Part shown: in pieces, positions 26,033 through 39,363 of the stretch
Position numbering within the stretch: the stretch's first letter is position 1
Layout: every line of letters begins with the position of its first letter
Assembly: GCA_002633005.1 (NCBI GenBank)
Contig: NMRA01000530.1
Location: 200,072-264,071, forward strand
DNA: 64,000 bases
Source: Phoronis australis
Taxonomy: Eukaryota > Animalia > Phoronida
Direction: 5' to 3'
Notes under the pieces: generated by a model
The model's database searches: none
What the model was told of the DNA's origin: nothing
Seen by the model: only the letters and a program-made list of their open reading frames with translations
Program-made: the position numbers and the translations under genes

Positions 26033-29000
26033 CTAAAATATAGACATACTTCGATTGTTTAAATTCCCCTGAGATAAGTTTATTTTTGGCTGTGTTCTAT
26101 CGTCTGCCATGTCTACACTTGACTGAACTTTATGCCATATCATCTGCGACTCATGAAAGCTCTCATAAGCTAACCTTTCTTTCTTCAAATGCTTGTACAT
26201 TTCACTCTTTTTAGATAAACAAATCGCAATTTCAGGATGATTGGAGTCATTTCTGTAGACCCTTGACCATTCCCTCAACGATTTGTCGTAGTGCTCTGCG
26301 GCTTCTTCGAATTTTCCCATGTCTTCGAGCTCGTTTGCAATCTGATACAAACATTCTGCGATACTAGCGTGATTTTGATTGTGATGAATCTTCCTCAGTG
26401 TTTCTAAACATTGCTGAAATTTCTTTTCAGCTTCTTGGTGTTTGTCCATTTTGCTGCAAACACGTCCTATGCCATGTAAGCACGATACAATGTGAGGATT
26501 ACCCAATTTTCCGTAAATTTTCTTCATAAAACGTAACGATTTTTGGTAGTAGCTCTCGGCCAATGGGTATTCTCCCAGCTCATAGCAAACATTGCCAGCG
26601 TTATGCAAACAGAAGGCTACTTCAGGATGAGGTACATCACCGTTAATACGTTTCATCATGTCCAACGAATCTTGGTAGTATTTTAAAGCCACGTTTTTCT
26701 CGCCTTTTTCACTATACACGTTCCCAATGTTGTTCAACCTGGATGCAATTTCGGGATGATCAATGTCACCGTAAATTCTTTTCACCATTTCCATCGAGTC
26801 TTTGTAGTATCGTAAGGAGGAGTCGACCTGACTCATTCGACTGTGCACACTAGCAATGTTGGACAAACTCGATGCAATGTCGGGATGATCTATATTTCCA
26901 AGAATCCTCTTCCTCATTTCCCAAGACTTTTCAAAGTATTCCAAAGCTGACGTGTACTTACCCATGTCATAATACACACCCCCAATGTTGTTTAAACACG
27001 ATGCAATTTCACTGTGGTCTTCTACACCATAAGTGGTGTGCATTACTTGCAACGATTCTGTCAGGTGTTGCAATGCTGACGCATGCTGACCCATCGTGTT
27101 ATACACATTTCCAATGTTATTCAAACAAGGTGCTGTCTTAGCTTGATGTCCATCACCGGGAAGTCTTTTCCACATACTGAGCGCATCTTTGTAGTGTTTT
27201 AAGGCTAGCTCGTACTCATTCATCTTCATGTACATACTTCCAATGTTGCTAAGACTGGATGCAATGTCGGTGTGATCGATATCTCCAAGAATCCTCTTCC
27301 TCATTGTCCACGATTCCACGAAGTATTGCGTGGCTGAAACGTAATCACCCATCTCGCTGTACACACTTCCAATGTTATTCAAACACGACGCTATTTCATG
27401 GTGATCTGCGCCATAGCTCATTTTCATTAAATCAACCGCTTGCTTGAGTTGTTGTAAGGCTATGACGTGCTTACCCATCTTGCTGTACACATTTCCAATG
27501 TTATTCAAACAAGATGCTATGTGAGCTTGATTTCCATCACTGGGGAGCCTCCGCCACATATTCAGCGCATCTTGGTGATATCGTAAAGCTGATTCGAAGT
27601 CATTTAACTCACTGTATACATTACCAATGTTACAGGAACACGAAGCGATATCACGGTGGTCAGAACCATGAGCAATCCTCTTTCTCATGGCTATGGACTG
27701 GTTATAATATTCCAATGCTTGTTTGTATCTTTTCATCTCTTGGTATGCATTACCGACGTTATTAAAACCTGACGCAATGTCAGGATGATCACTTTCGCCG
27801 TGAATTCTTTTCAGCATGTTCAAAGAGTCATGGCAGTACCGCAAAGCTGACTCGTATTCACCCATGCCAATGTATGAACTACCAATGTTATTCAAAAATG
27901 ATGCAATTTTAGGGTGATCTTCACTATAAACCCGTTGCATTAAATGCAACGATTCTTCGTGGTGCTGTAAGGCTAACGCATTCCTGCCCAGGCTGTTATA
28001 CGCAGTGCCAATGTTACTCAAACAAGCTGCGATGTCAGCTTCATTCTCATCAGCAGGATGGTTGTGCCACATATCTAGGGCCTCTTGGTAGTATTGCAAA
28101 GCTGACTCATACTCATTCATCTCATTGAACCCATTACCGAGATTACTGAGGCATGATGCAATTTCAGAATAATTTGTTTCTCCTTCAGCACTCTTCATTA
28201 AACGCAATGATTCTTGGCAGTGTTCTATGGCTAAATCAAATCGTTGCATTTTGAAGTATGTACTCCCAATATTATTCAAGAGAGGTGCAAACTCTAGACT
28301 ATCTGTATCGCCGTGAATTCTTTTCTTCATACTCAATGAGTCTTGAAAGTATTTTAAAGCCAGATCGTATTGACCTTTGTCACTGTACACGGTTCCAATG
28401 TTGCTCAAACACGATGCAATTTCCGGGTGTTCTTCCCCATAACTCTTTTGCATTAAGCGCAACGATTCGTTGAAATGCTGTAAGGCTAGCGCATGTTTAC
28501 CCGTCTTTCTATACACATTGCCAATGTTATTCATACAGGGTGCTGCTTCTGTTTGATTTCCATCACTGGAAAGTCTTTGCCACATACTGAGCGCGTCTTG
28601 GTAGTGTCGCAGTGCTGACTGATAGTCAACTAATTCACTGTACACATTACCAATGTTACTTAAACACGACGCGATGTCACGATGGTCAGCGTCTCCAGCC
28701 ATCCTCTTTCTCATATCTAAAGACACTTTATGTTGCTCCAGCGCTTGTTTGTATTTTCTCATCAATTGATATACATTACCAATGTTATTAAATGCCGACG
28801 CAATATCAGGATGATCATTTTCACCGTGAATCCTTTTCATCATGGTCAATGAGTCTTGATAGTACTGCATGGCCGATTCGTATTTACCCATATCACTGTA
28901 CGCACTACCAATGTTGTTTAAACACGACGCAATTTCAGGGTGATCATCAGTGCCATAAGCTTTTTTCATCAAATTCAACGATTCTACGAGGTGCTGTAGG

Positions 29001-31239
29001 GCTAATGCTTGCTTACCCATCTTTTGATATACAGTGCCGATGTTGTTTAAACACGATGCCATGGTGCCTTGACTGGAACTTCCATGAAGTCGTTTTATCA
29101 TAGAAAGCGAGTCTGTGTGATACACCAAGGCGGTTTCGTAGTCGCACATATTACTGTACGCGTTCCCAATGTTATTCAAACATGAAGCAACGGTGTCGCG
29201 ATCCGCACCACCACAAATTCGTTTTTGCATGCTCAAAGACTCTTCGTAGTGTTTCAACGCTAAAGCAGGGGAGCACATTTTACTATGCACATTTCCAATG
29301 TTATTCAAACATGACGCTACGTCGTTGTCATCTCCATTTCCTATGATACGTCGTCTCATATCTAAGGAGTGTTGGCAGTATTCCAGGGCAACTTTGTAGT
29401 TACCAACATTTAAGTGTGCACAGCCGATCTTGTTCAAGCACGACGCAATTTCTGGGTGGTCACTTTCTTTATAAATCGTTTTCATTAAGCTCAAGGACCT
29501 TTCGTAGTATGTTAAGGCCATGTCATGCTTGCCAACTTTGCTGTACATATCAGCAAAGCTGCACAGAAGTGACGCAACGGTACGTTGTCTAATACCATGT
29601 ATACCTGAAGGTTCGATGACTATCGAGGTTTGTGCTGACGTATCACAACTTTCAGCTATACTGTCAATCAAATGCGTTGATTCACCCAGCCATTCCAATG
29701 CTTTTTTCTGCACGACGTCATCTATGGGGGCATCTAGTAAGCTCAAGTAATTAAGGAGCTTTTCAATATCATGAAAGCTTTTCTCTGTTGTAGATTGTGG
29801 CGAAATGAAAAGTTTGCCAGCCCTCAAAAGGTCTTCGTCAAAAAACTGCTGTTTGTTCGTGTCAAACGCAAAATCAGGACCTTGTGTACACAGAAAGACC
29901 AAGAGTGGAAAAACCGTGCAATGGTATCTCATGATCAGAAGATTGTAGTTGCTGTTCTCAGGCTCATCGCCAGTCAAGATTTGGTTCAACGTAAGCAGTG
30001 CAACTTGCTGGTTATCATTGTGACCAACCACCCTCAACAGTGTGTTTATTGAAAACGCCACTTGCAGATTATGCTTTGCTTTTTCTGACAACATTTCCTT
30101 AGATTCCATTTCATCAAGCGCGTCCCAAATGTTGTCGTTTTCCAGGCAAAATAGGGATTTTAATGCGGCAAAGAGCCCATCAGGGCAATTTTTTATTACC
30201 TTCGTCGGTTCCTTGTCTTCTTCCTCCAGGTGTCCACGCACCATCAACCTGTATGTTTCAAGTAATACGTCTCCACCTTCACTACCATCTATTTGTAGAA
30301 CATGAGTTAACCCATGACCACTTGGCAATGATAACCTATCACCGAATACACCTGCCATGTAACTGGGAGTCCCGACTAATGTGCAGCTTTCTCGTTTTGT
30401 TGTGCGAGAGTTGGGAGGAGTACTATCTAGTGAAAACCCGCTACCAACAGCGTCATCCACAAACCAATTTCCACCAGGTACATCAAGGTCATTTAGTGAC
30501 GTGATATTCAAAGTACTGACGTCTGTTTCTCCCATGTTCAGGCCAATCATGTGGACAAGTTTCAGCGTGTTTTTGAAGTAGTCAATATCTTTGCAGTCAT
30601 CGTCTAAAAGAATTCCCAACTTAATTTCGGAATATGTTGTAGCATCGCCTCTTGCCAAAGACCCAAAGGCAAGTGTAGCATAGTCGCAATTCGCTGGGCC
30701 TAATATTTCTCTAGTCTGGGAGCAGAAATTCTTACACAAAGTCTTCACTTCAGAGTTCAAATTTTCAAGGAGTTTTCTAGTTTCTTCGACAAACATTTTT
30801 TCAAACTCAATTCGTTCATCCGTTGGTGCATCAAGTGTGAATTTGGCTTCAAAGTCGTCTAGTATCTGTTTGGCCTTAGAGGTTATGTCACGCCTACATG
30901 TTTCAAGCCTTTCTTTATTGTTAGGCTTGAAGTCAATGGGCAGCGTATCTTGATCTTTTGATATGGCTCGGCAGAATGTGGCTTCATTTTCTCTCAACAA
31001 CATTTCAAGATCCCGTTCGAGACTTGAATCTTTTACCCTAACTAAAGCAGCGTTATATAACGCAGAAGCGGTTACAAAGTGTTGCGTGGACTTAGTCAGC
31101 AAACCTCGTTCTTTGTGAACACTTCCTATTTTCTGAAGTATTTCACCAACAGACACCGAACTCCCCTCAGTTGATGAGAGTTCTTTAAGTGATGCTGCGA
31201 GTTTTTTTTCCATGGCATCCAGCCGTGCGAGTCGTTTTT
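26033..31239 (-). CDS. Giant terminal exon: degenerate GlnD/DUF294-like nucleotidyltransferase, helical domain and ~27 TPR repeats (42-43 aa, kinesin-light-chain/NPHP3 type)
   Basis: Open frame of 5.2 kb with motif AFGSLARGDATTYSEIKLGIL and repeats of IASCLNNIGxVY...ALxYYxxSLxM.KRI.G..DHP. Phase-1 acceptor gtatttcAG ends at 31240. An alternative internal start gccATGg lies at 31213. Confidence 0.93.
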
Positions 31240-33810
31240 CTGAAATACAGCAACGTTCGGGATATATCAAGTGATGAAAGATAGTTTAGATTTGAGACGC
31301 CATGTTTTTATCGAAAGGTAGTAGAGGTATCCCATCAAATTTTCAGAACATGAAAACGAGTATAAATCACGAAACCAAGTTTTCTTCGGACCTAGAAAAG
31401 CTGAAAAATTTTGATATTTCTTAAAAACGTAAAAAAGAAGACCAATGGATACGTCATGATGGACCCAGCTCATGATTTTTTATTGTCTGTACGTGATCAC
31501 GGTACCAGTTATCACGACTACATGTAATTTTGATCCGAATTCAAAATGAATCTGAGGGGTTATGGGCACGTAATTTGTTCAAATCTCTGAAATAATACAT
31601 GTCGATTGGACCGGGCCCGCCAACATGTAGGTACCTGTCTTTATATATTGGCGCACTGCTGTTGCATTGCATTTTTGTTCTTCCGAAAGTACCTCCAATG
31701 TTATGTGTTTTCTTTTTGATAAAATCGGTAGGCTGGATCTTGATTCCACAGAAAACCTGATTTGAATTCCCTGCCACAGGCTGCTATCGGCGAGTTACCC
31801 GGTCGAGGTTTAAATGTTTCCAAATGATGCCGATTAAGGATCAGAATTTGAAATGCCAGGCCTGAAACGTCGCGGAGGTATGTCCCGAGGAAGGCGGGCT
31901 CATCATTGACTGTCGACAGTGCTTTTTTCTCCTGCAATCATCACTGCTCCACCTGTACATTATTTAGTAGTATCATAACGTATGATGTCATAATTTAAGA
32001 ATGCCATAAAACAGTATGTGTATATCGTATCCTGAGAGTTTGAGAGTAAATTACCACAAACAGCGATTCTAGAGCACCATTAGTGATTGCACCCTTCATG
32101 ATATATGTACATGTACTCAAAACGTATATGGTTTTAGCAAACGCAGCTCCAAAAACGTGCACGGAAACAATCTATTCAGCAGATGCTGTATACTGCGTGT
32201 AAGGGGAATGTGTCAATTTTGATCGCTGTATACACACTGTGGTCCGAAAAGTATCATATTTAGTACGTAACCTATGTCCATATTTTTCGAAAGGTGTACA
32301 CAATAGGCCAGCTAGTATCTTTTGACATCATCGTGAAGCAACTTAGACAGCCCACTAAACAGCAATAGATAATTAAAATTTATCCCGATAGGAGCTAAAA
32401 GCGGTCCACCTTTTTTAATCATAACTCCCACTCCCTCTGGGAATTGCCCACTTCCATTTCAAATCCTATAATCTCGACTGTTTCAGTTTTCTGACATATT
32501 TCGGACAATATGCTGGTCGTTCTGCTCTGCAAAATATTTGTGTAATTAAACGGCAAAAAATCTTGCTTGTGAAAGACAGTGAGTTGATTTTGCCTTGGAA
32601 ATTCTTAGACACTCCTCACGAAGTCTCGATATTGTTGGGAGATCTGACTGAAAGAGGGCCTACGGCTGTGACCATTATTTGAATTAGCTACATTTCCGGT
32701 CTCCAGATATGTGACAACCAAACGTTCACTTGTTTCGGGCACACCATATTTGTGGAAAACTATACCTCAACGATTTAATCTGCTGCTGTTTACCATACTG
32801 TCCAGGACGATTCATGAATATGTCAAAAACTTTGGTTGCATTTTCCCACTCCCTGAATTCGCTCCCATTCTCCCTTTTAATCTTATATTCTAAAGGGGGG
32901 GGGGGACGATTCTTAATAGAAAATCTGGCAAAACGTGAAAATTGCTTTTTGGTGTATTTTTCTCACCTTGCTTTAACTCATTTGTTTGTCTTTTTTGCAT
33001 GGGTAATAAATTGGATATACTGACCAATTAACAAAATCTGATAAATCATGAGTCTCTGGAGGTTCAGATTCTGTAGTTCCTTGAGAAATTTGACTTTTAA
33101 CTTCTCCTGTCAAATAACTGACAATGCGGGCACTTGTCTCGGGCCACCTCTCAAAGAAAGGATCCCGTCTGAGAGTTTGCCCTTGACACGGCAGGCATGC
33201 TTCGTAAATACTGTACTCCAAATATGAAAGGCTATACCAATCAATATGGAAAGGAATGACGGTTGATACTGTAACCGGGTCAACTAACGTCCATCATACG
33301 ACTTCATAAAAACAAAATCAGAATGGAAATTGACCCCATCTTTGGGTCTTTCCGTGAGTAGCTCCTTCAGAAAAAGAGTGCCTTCAGTTACCTCAGCAAC
33401 AGCTGGGATTCACATCAAATTCTATACATTGAACTGAAAAAGAGAAAGCATCTCTTATGGGAGAGGATTTAAAAATATGTGCAATACCAGTTTTCGGCAT
33501 TTTTCGAAGTATATGCTATTAATTGCTCAAGCAACGACCCATGCTGCATTATTTTATATTTGTGGTCTACAAAAAATTCCCGGCTAGGGTCCCCAAAGCG
33601 TAAATTGACAGTGTTATCTACATTTTTAGATACTTCCTTGTGTTTTCTTTCTCCGAATGTTTCTGTTCTACGGCTTGTCGCTACACAGGTTCCATTCTCA
33701 CGTTTGCGCTTAGTCTACGCCCACCCTCTTTCCATGCCTCCCCCAACGCCACCGAATCTCCCCCGCGTCCCCCTCTTTCTACGCATATGCACTTGCCATC
33801 TATACTGTAC

Positions 33811-33960
33811 CTGTTGCTTCAGACAGTTCTACGTCAGGCAGCTTAGTTCCCTTTAGTAGTTTACAACTTGCCATTCTTAGAGTGTCATGCGATGCAGAGA
33901 GAGCTGTGAGTGCACGCTCGAGGTCGGCTTCTGCATCGTCTAATTTCTTTAAAAGGTCGC
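33811..33960 (-). CDS. Internal exon (coiled coil) of the TPR gene
   Basis: ttttgtcttttAG acceptor, AG|GTACAG donor, 150 nt, phase 1-1. Reads DLLKKLDDAEADLERALTALSAS... Confidence 0.65.
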
Positions 33961-35322
33961 CTAAAAGACAAAATCGTGATTTATGTAGCTATTACTATCA
34001 ATGGACCCAAACGTGTGTTTTCAGTAACACGTTGTAAAATATAGCAGTTTAAACCCTCCCCAATACATGTCAATTGTCCCTTATTCATTATGATATTCAT
34101 CTTTGAATTTGTACTCAAACAATACCGTAAAAGCAGAGGGGGTTATTAGTAAGCACTCGATCATTCCAAACATAAAAGTTCTATTCTAAGGCTGAAACAG
34201 GAAATTTGTCACAATTTGGCTACATTTGGAACAAAAAAGATCAGAAGTGGCTGTTGAAATGCGTACGAACGTTCAGATATTATACTTTGGGCAAAGCTCT
34301 CTATACATTATTTTGTTTAAAATATCACTTTTGCTTAAAGTGCTATCAAAATTTATACTTTGAAGAATATTCAGAGAATAAAATAACAGTGATATTTAAC
34401 AAGATGAATAAATACTAGAGAACTGTTGTGGAAATTCTGACTTCAACATTTGTCGAATTTTCCTGATACCAATTTTGCAAAGAAAATACTAGTAGTTTTT
34501 GCTGAACTTTACTGAAAATGTTGTCACGAGACCAATCAATGGTGGTTGGGTACGGAGTCGAAAATTAAATTCTACGCATTTTCTACTTCCAGGATTGTTT
34601 ATATTTCTACTGATCAAGTTAAGCAATTAAGTACATATCTGTAAATATGCAAAGACATGCTGAGAAGGTTACCATCAGCGTTAACTTGAATTTTCGTGTT
34701 TGAGGAGTTCCTAGCTTGATGTAGCTGTAATCAAATCCGCCCAAAGATTAGACACTCATTTGCGTAATCCATGATGAACGTGAGCTCAAAATCAAAACAA
34801 ACATTTTCAGTGTATACATACAAAATGTGTATGCCGATTAATTTGACGTTTTATTTCGAGTTCGGACATTTAATTTCATGCCTGAGGTTCCGTTTCATGA
34901 ACAATATTTTTGTTTCGCGTAAGCTTTTCCACAACTGCTTCCCATGACCAACGGATTGTCGTTGTGCAAAGCCCATCAATGAGTTCTCACCTAGCATTTT
35001 CTTAGTTTCTGAGGTTACAGTTAGATGATATGAAATACATGTAAATAGCTTAAAACTAAATATACACTTCTGATGCCAAACAGTGGCAATTTTTTTAATT
35101 TTGAAAAAATTAGTTATGTCCAAGTTTCTCCCAAAATGATGTATTGGGTGGAAGACGTTTGGTCACTTGACAGTTAATTGCAGTGGAGTACACAGCAGAT
35201 CAGAAGACGAGGACGATTTTAAGCGAGAACTGGACAATTAATTTGCAGACTTAGCAGAAAGTGGATGCTGCATCATTCCACACTCTCGTGCGGCGCACAA
35301 ACCGTTGCCATTTCTGTGCAAC

Positions 35323-37944
35323 CAGTGGCGGATCTACGGAGGGGGTTCGGGGGGGTTTAACCCCCCCTAGGCCAGGACCCAAAAATTAAAAAAAAACGTC
35401 TCCAGCAAAACAAAAACGGTAAACCCAAAGTAAACCAACTTGGAAAAAAATGAGGGGGGGGGTTCACTCTGAAAATATACTTTTTTGCATTGTGAATTGC
35501 TGTTATGAAAATCAAAGCATTTCGAGTCTTCGTGGCTCATCGGCAAAACCCCTGAGATCAGTTGTGCGGGCGCTTCTGTCGACACTTCTGTAGTAGCCAA
35601 GCATTTTAGACGGATGCACCTCTGAAAGGGCAGCTCTATAGCTGATTTCTTCAGGTAACTAGAAGTTTCTTTACTCTAAGATATGTTTTGATTTGATTAG
35701 GGGAAATACTGTGGTGCCGCAACCCTGATATTCAGGCGACTTGACGTGCCACGTTTTTACCTAATCTGTCATGCCGTGTCATCCTATTACATCCCACACG
35801 TTTGTAACTCGAATTTGACTGGTGTATATTAAAGATGTCCTGCGCAATATCATACAGTGTAAATGTGCATGTAATACTTTTGAAAAAAAAATGTTTTCCA
35901 AAGAATTGCTATTGTGGCAAGCGTCGTGGTCTGGTCGCAAGTCTGAAGATGCACTCTAACAGGTTATGTCTATTCAAGGAATAACCAAGGGGGCACTCAC
36001 ATTGACAAAGCAACCGCATTCGCGAACAGTGTACAGTGCCAGAAGTTGCGAGGAGGCTGTATTTTCACAACAAAGTCTTGCGGGACTCGTGCGATGTTCA
36101 ATAGGCCTAGGCTTCCTAAAGAGCCCTAGTGCCGACCTCAACACCTACCGTCTTTCTACCTGCAATAAGCACCACTGCCGTTTTCTATACTGGGAATTTC
36201 CGCAGAAAGGCCAACCCGACAAAACGCCCATGCCCATGGGCATTTATTTGATGTTAGTACTTCGGGTTTCAAGCGTTCAGACATTGGGACGCTTATTTCG
36301 AAAATTGCAAGAGATGCAAATGGGTCCTGGGATACATCGTCAAGGTTTGAAGTAGTCCATGATGAACGGATCAAATTTAGTTGCGCATGCTGTAAGTCTT
36401 TTGAATGGACTTGGTAACCTCAGGGGGCTTAGTACCAACTGAGCTGCGAAACGAGATGCTGACTTTGTAGGGGCGTACAAGCTCATTGACACAGCAGTTG
36501 ACGAAGTGCAAGTGTTGGGAACAAACGTCGAAGATGTCTGGGTAGAATGGTTCCAAGAGGAGCAAACCATTGGATCCGATATACAGATTCCTCGGCAGTC
36601 TAGACAACAGAAAGATAGGACCAACGTTCCCGGAGAAACACCCAGATAATAAGTCATAATTCTACACAGTTTGTAACAATGTCGGTTTTTTATGCATGTG
36701 TACAATGAAAACGAAAAGAAATGGTTTTGGACATGCCAAATTTACCACGTACAGCAGAGGGTCTACGAGCGCACAGAAACTGATTCTGATTTGTATTTCC
36801 ACTTGAGTTTATCTGCTTCATATCCAAAATCTAGTTCACGTAGTGCGTAGTTAAATCTGTACTCAATACTTCTTTCTTCCAGTGAGTACTACAGAACGGT
36901 GCGAAAACCCTTCCTAGACAAGCTCTCGCAGCAGTTGACCACCATATGTGTAAACTACACGTATGAGCAACCACTGGGGATTAAAAAGTGTCTAGAGAGA
37001 AGTTTTCAATTCACAATTTTTTGCAAAGTACGCTTTAGGTCTCGCGACGGACCAGGCCAGCTTGATTTGTGTAGATATCGAGTTTCAGTGTACTTCTGGT
37101 CCCTCGACGAACTTGTCTCGTGATGTTTTTTTTAACAAAGTGTGCTTTGTAAAACTATTTATCTCAGCCAGTAGTGTTTGGTCCCGCGACACATCGACTA
37201 TTTTTATAGGGATAATAAGCACAGGTGTACTTTTAGTCTCGTGACGGACCAGGCCAGAATTTTTGTGTACTCTCAGTGTACATCTGGTCCCTCTGCGAAC
37301 TGGTCCTGTTATCTTTTCACCACGGTGTACAAAATGTTTTGGTTTCGTGAAAATGTTTTCCGATTATTTGTTTCCTGATATATTTGACGTTTTTCAATTG
37401 TTTGCAACGTGATTCAGCTTAATGAAGTGATACTTATTTGTTTATTGTCGCTTTCAATAATAGACTATGAGCTGAGAGCACCATCGTTCACCAGTTTTTT
37501 TCGTAACGAGACAGAACACATATTTATTTCCGGACTAACAGTACAGGTCTTTGTTCGTAAACAGCTTGAGCCTGTTGCGGTCATCTGATATTCAAGTTTT
37601 TACGCCTCGTCGGTGCTCCTTATGCTCTTGAATAATTGGTAGTTGCCTAAGCCCCTGTATACACATCACACTTTTTCGTATGCTAAAAAGGTGTGTGTAA
37701 GCAAATGTTCCAACAAAAATTTTTGCTGGTGGTGTGACTCATACACAGATGTGCACAAACTTATGAGCCAAGTTCATGTGACGAAATCGAGAAGGGCTTT
37801 CAATTATCTTATGACATGTTAAGTGCCAGAAACGTACCAGGATGCATGGAAATTTCACTGTTTGGCTACAAAAACAAAAAGTTTACCCCCCTCCCGTGCA
37901 AGACANTATCCTAACCCCCTCTTACTGAAAACGTAGATCCGCCA
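35323..37944 (+). mobile_element. Internally deleted hAT transposon with TIRs and decayed transposase
   Basis: TIRs cagtggcggatctacg and cgtagatccgcca. Flanks tgtgcaac and taggcaac match at 6 of 8 positions (probable TSD). Relic peptides SSIADFF and LRGLS...KRDADFVGAYKLI...IPRQSRQQKDRTNVPGETP are THAP12-like hAT. Subterminal direct repeats at ~37039-37120 and ~37236-37310. Confidence 0.85.
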
Positions 37945-39249
37945 TAGGCAACTTTCACGTATTTAGAAAATTTGAACACAGAGACGTTCTCAATCAAGTT
38001 GTTGTTACTACAGCCTCCACAAACGCACCTTTTCATGTATGAAAAAGGCGACTCTGTGCAGACTTTCCTCACAACTCCTCAGTATTGCACTGGTGAAAAC
38101 AACAATGGTGAAGGCGGTCTTCCAACCATTACGTACATGTACAACCTCGATAACAGAAAAATATTTTTCTGTAATTTTTGGCTTTTTTCTTAGCAACAGG
38201 TATACTAAAGGCAAGTAGATCTCTTAAGAGGTATTACTAAAATTGTTTGTGAGACACAGGGTCATGGTGGGAACTCTTTAAGTCTAATTGCTAAATAATG
38301 AATTGTATAAAGTATATATACAATTACACCATACTGTATACGCACCCCTAAGTGTGGAAACCAGATGTCGCCTAATCCGATTGCCAAAACTATGTCTGAC
38401 CTTCATTAAAGGTAAAACTTCTCGTCTCAGATTATTTACATCAACTAGACTTAGTACACAATCCCAGCAACATTTTATAACGGCGATTTATTGAAACGCA
38501 TCGGCGTCGGTGACCCCCATGCTTGTTATTTTACAGAACACACGACCCGCATCAAAATAAAAATTATTAACGTAGAAACTAGAATTCCAAAATTTGAGGT
38601 ACTCAAAACCCAGAAAAACGTTTACTCACTCCGACGTGACATAATTAATAAAATGCGAATTTTGATCTAAGCCGTTTAAACATTAAAATGGCATCGAGCA
38701 ACGGAAATGATCCGTTTTCAAAATGATTTAAATTATTGATATATTTGTAGGTGAATTTTCAGGTAACTCATGTTCATTTCACACTTTAACAGAGGTGCCT
38801 CTTGTTGTGATGTTATAATTTTCTATGACGTCATCCTTTTGTGACGTCATTCTTAAATCCTGTCAATATATTTTACAGTTCTTTTATACGTTTCTGCTTC
38901 ATTCTATTAGAAAAACATAGCACCTCTAACGGAAAAAAATAATTCCGTGAGCCTGTATTTTTGTGGATTTGTAGTTGGCAAGTACTAATATACAAAATAT
39001 TACTTTAAAAGCAGCGACAAATTTAAAACTGTCCAACCCCCAATAAGCTTGAAGTATTCTGTTCTTGTAATGAACCAAAAGTCGCAAAATAATGATTATA
39101 CCAGACGTTACCTATCGAACTGGTGATAACAACGTTAAGATACATTTGAACACATGCAGTGAACTGTGTAGCTAAGAATTGTCAGCCAGTTTGCAAAAGT
39201 CAAATGAGCGCATTCAATTATTCGAGTCAAACAAAAAGAGTATTCTTAC

Positions 39250-39363
39250 TGTCTTTCTTCTCTGATGCATTAAACTTTTTCCTAATTTCGTCGTTATTCT
39301 TTCGTAAGTCCTCATATTCCTTTTGTAGCTCGTCAACCTGTTTCTCAAAATCGTCGGATTGAT
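39250..39363 (-). CDS. Internal exon (coiled coil) of the TPR gene
   Basis: catttcAG acceptor, GTAAGA donor, 114 nt, phase 1-1. Reads QSDDFEKQVDELQKEYEDLRKNNDEIRKKF. Confidence 0.75.

Noticed and set aside
26872-30581. Multiple plus-strand ORFs overlapping the TPR exon
   Set aside because: These are antisense shadows of a repetitive coding region.
31541-31937. Two overlapping protein-like minus-strand ORFs
   Set aside because: Frameshifted and unassignable, with no clean splice pair in phase with the gene model.
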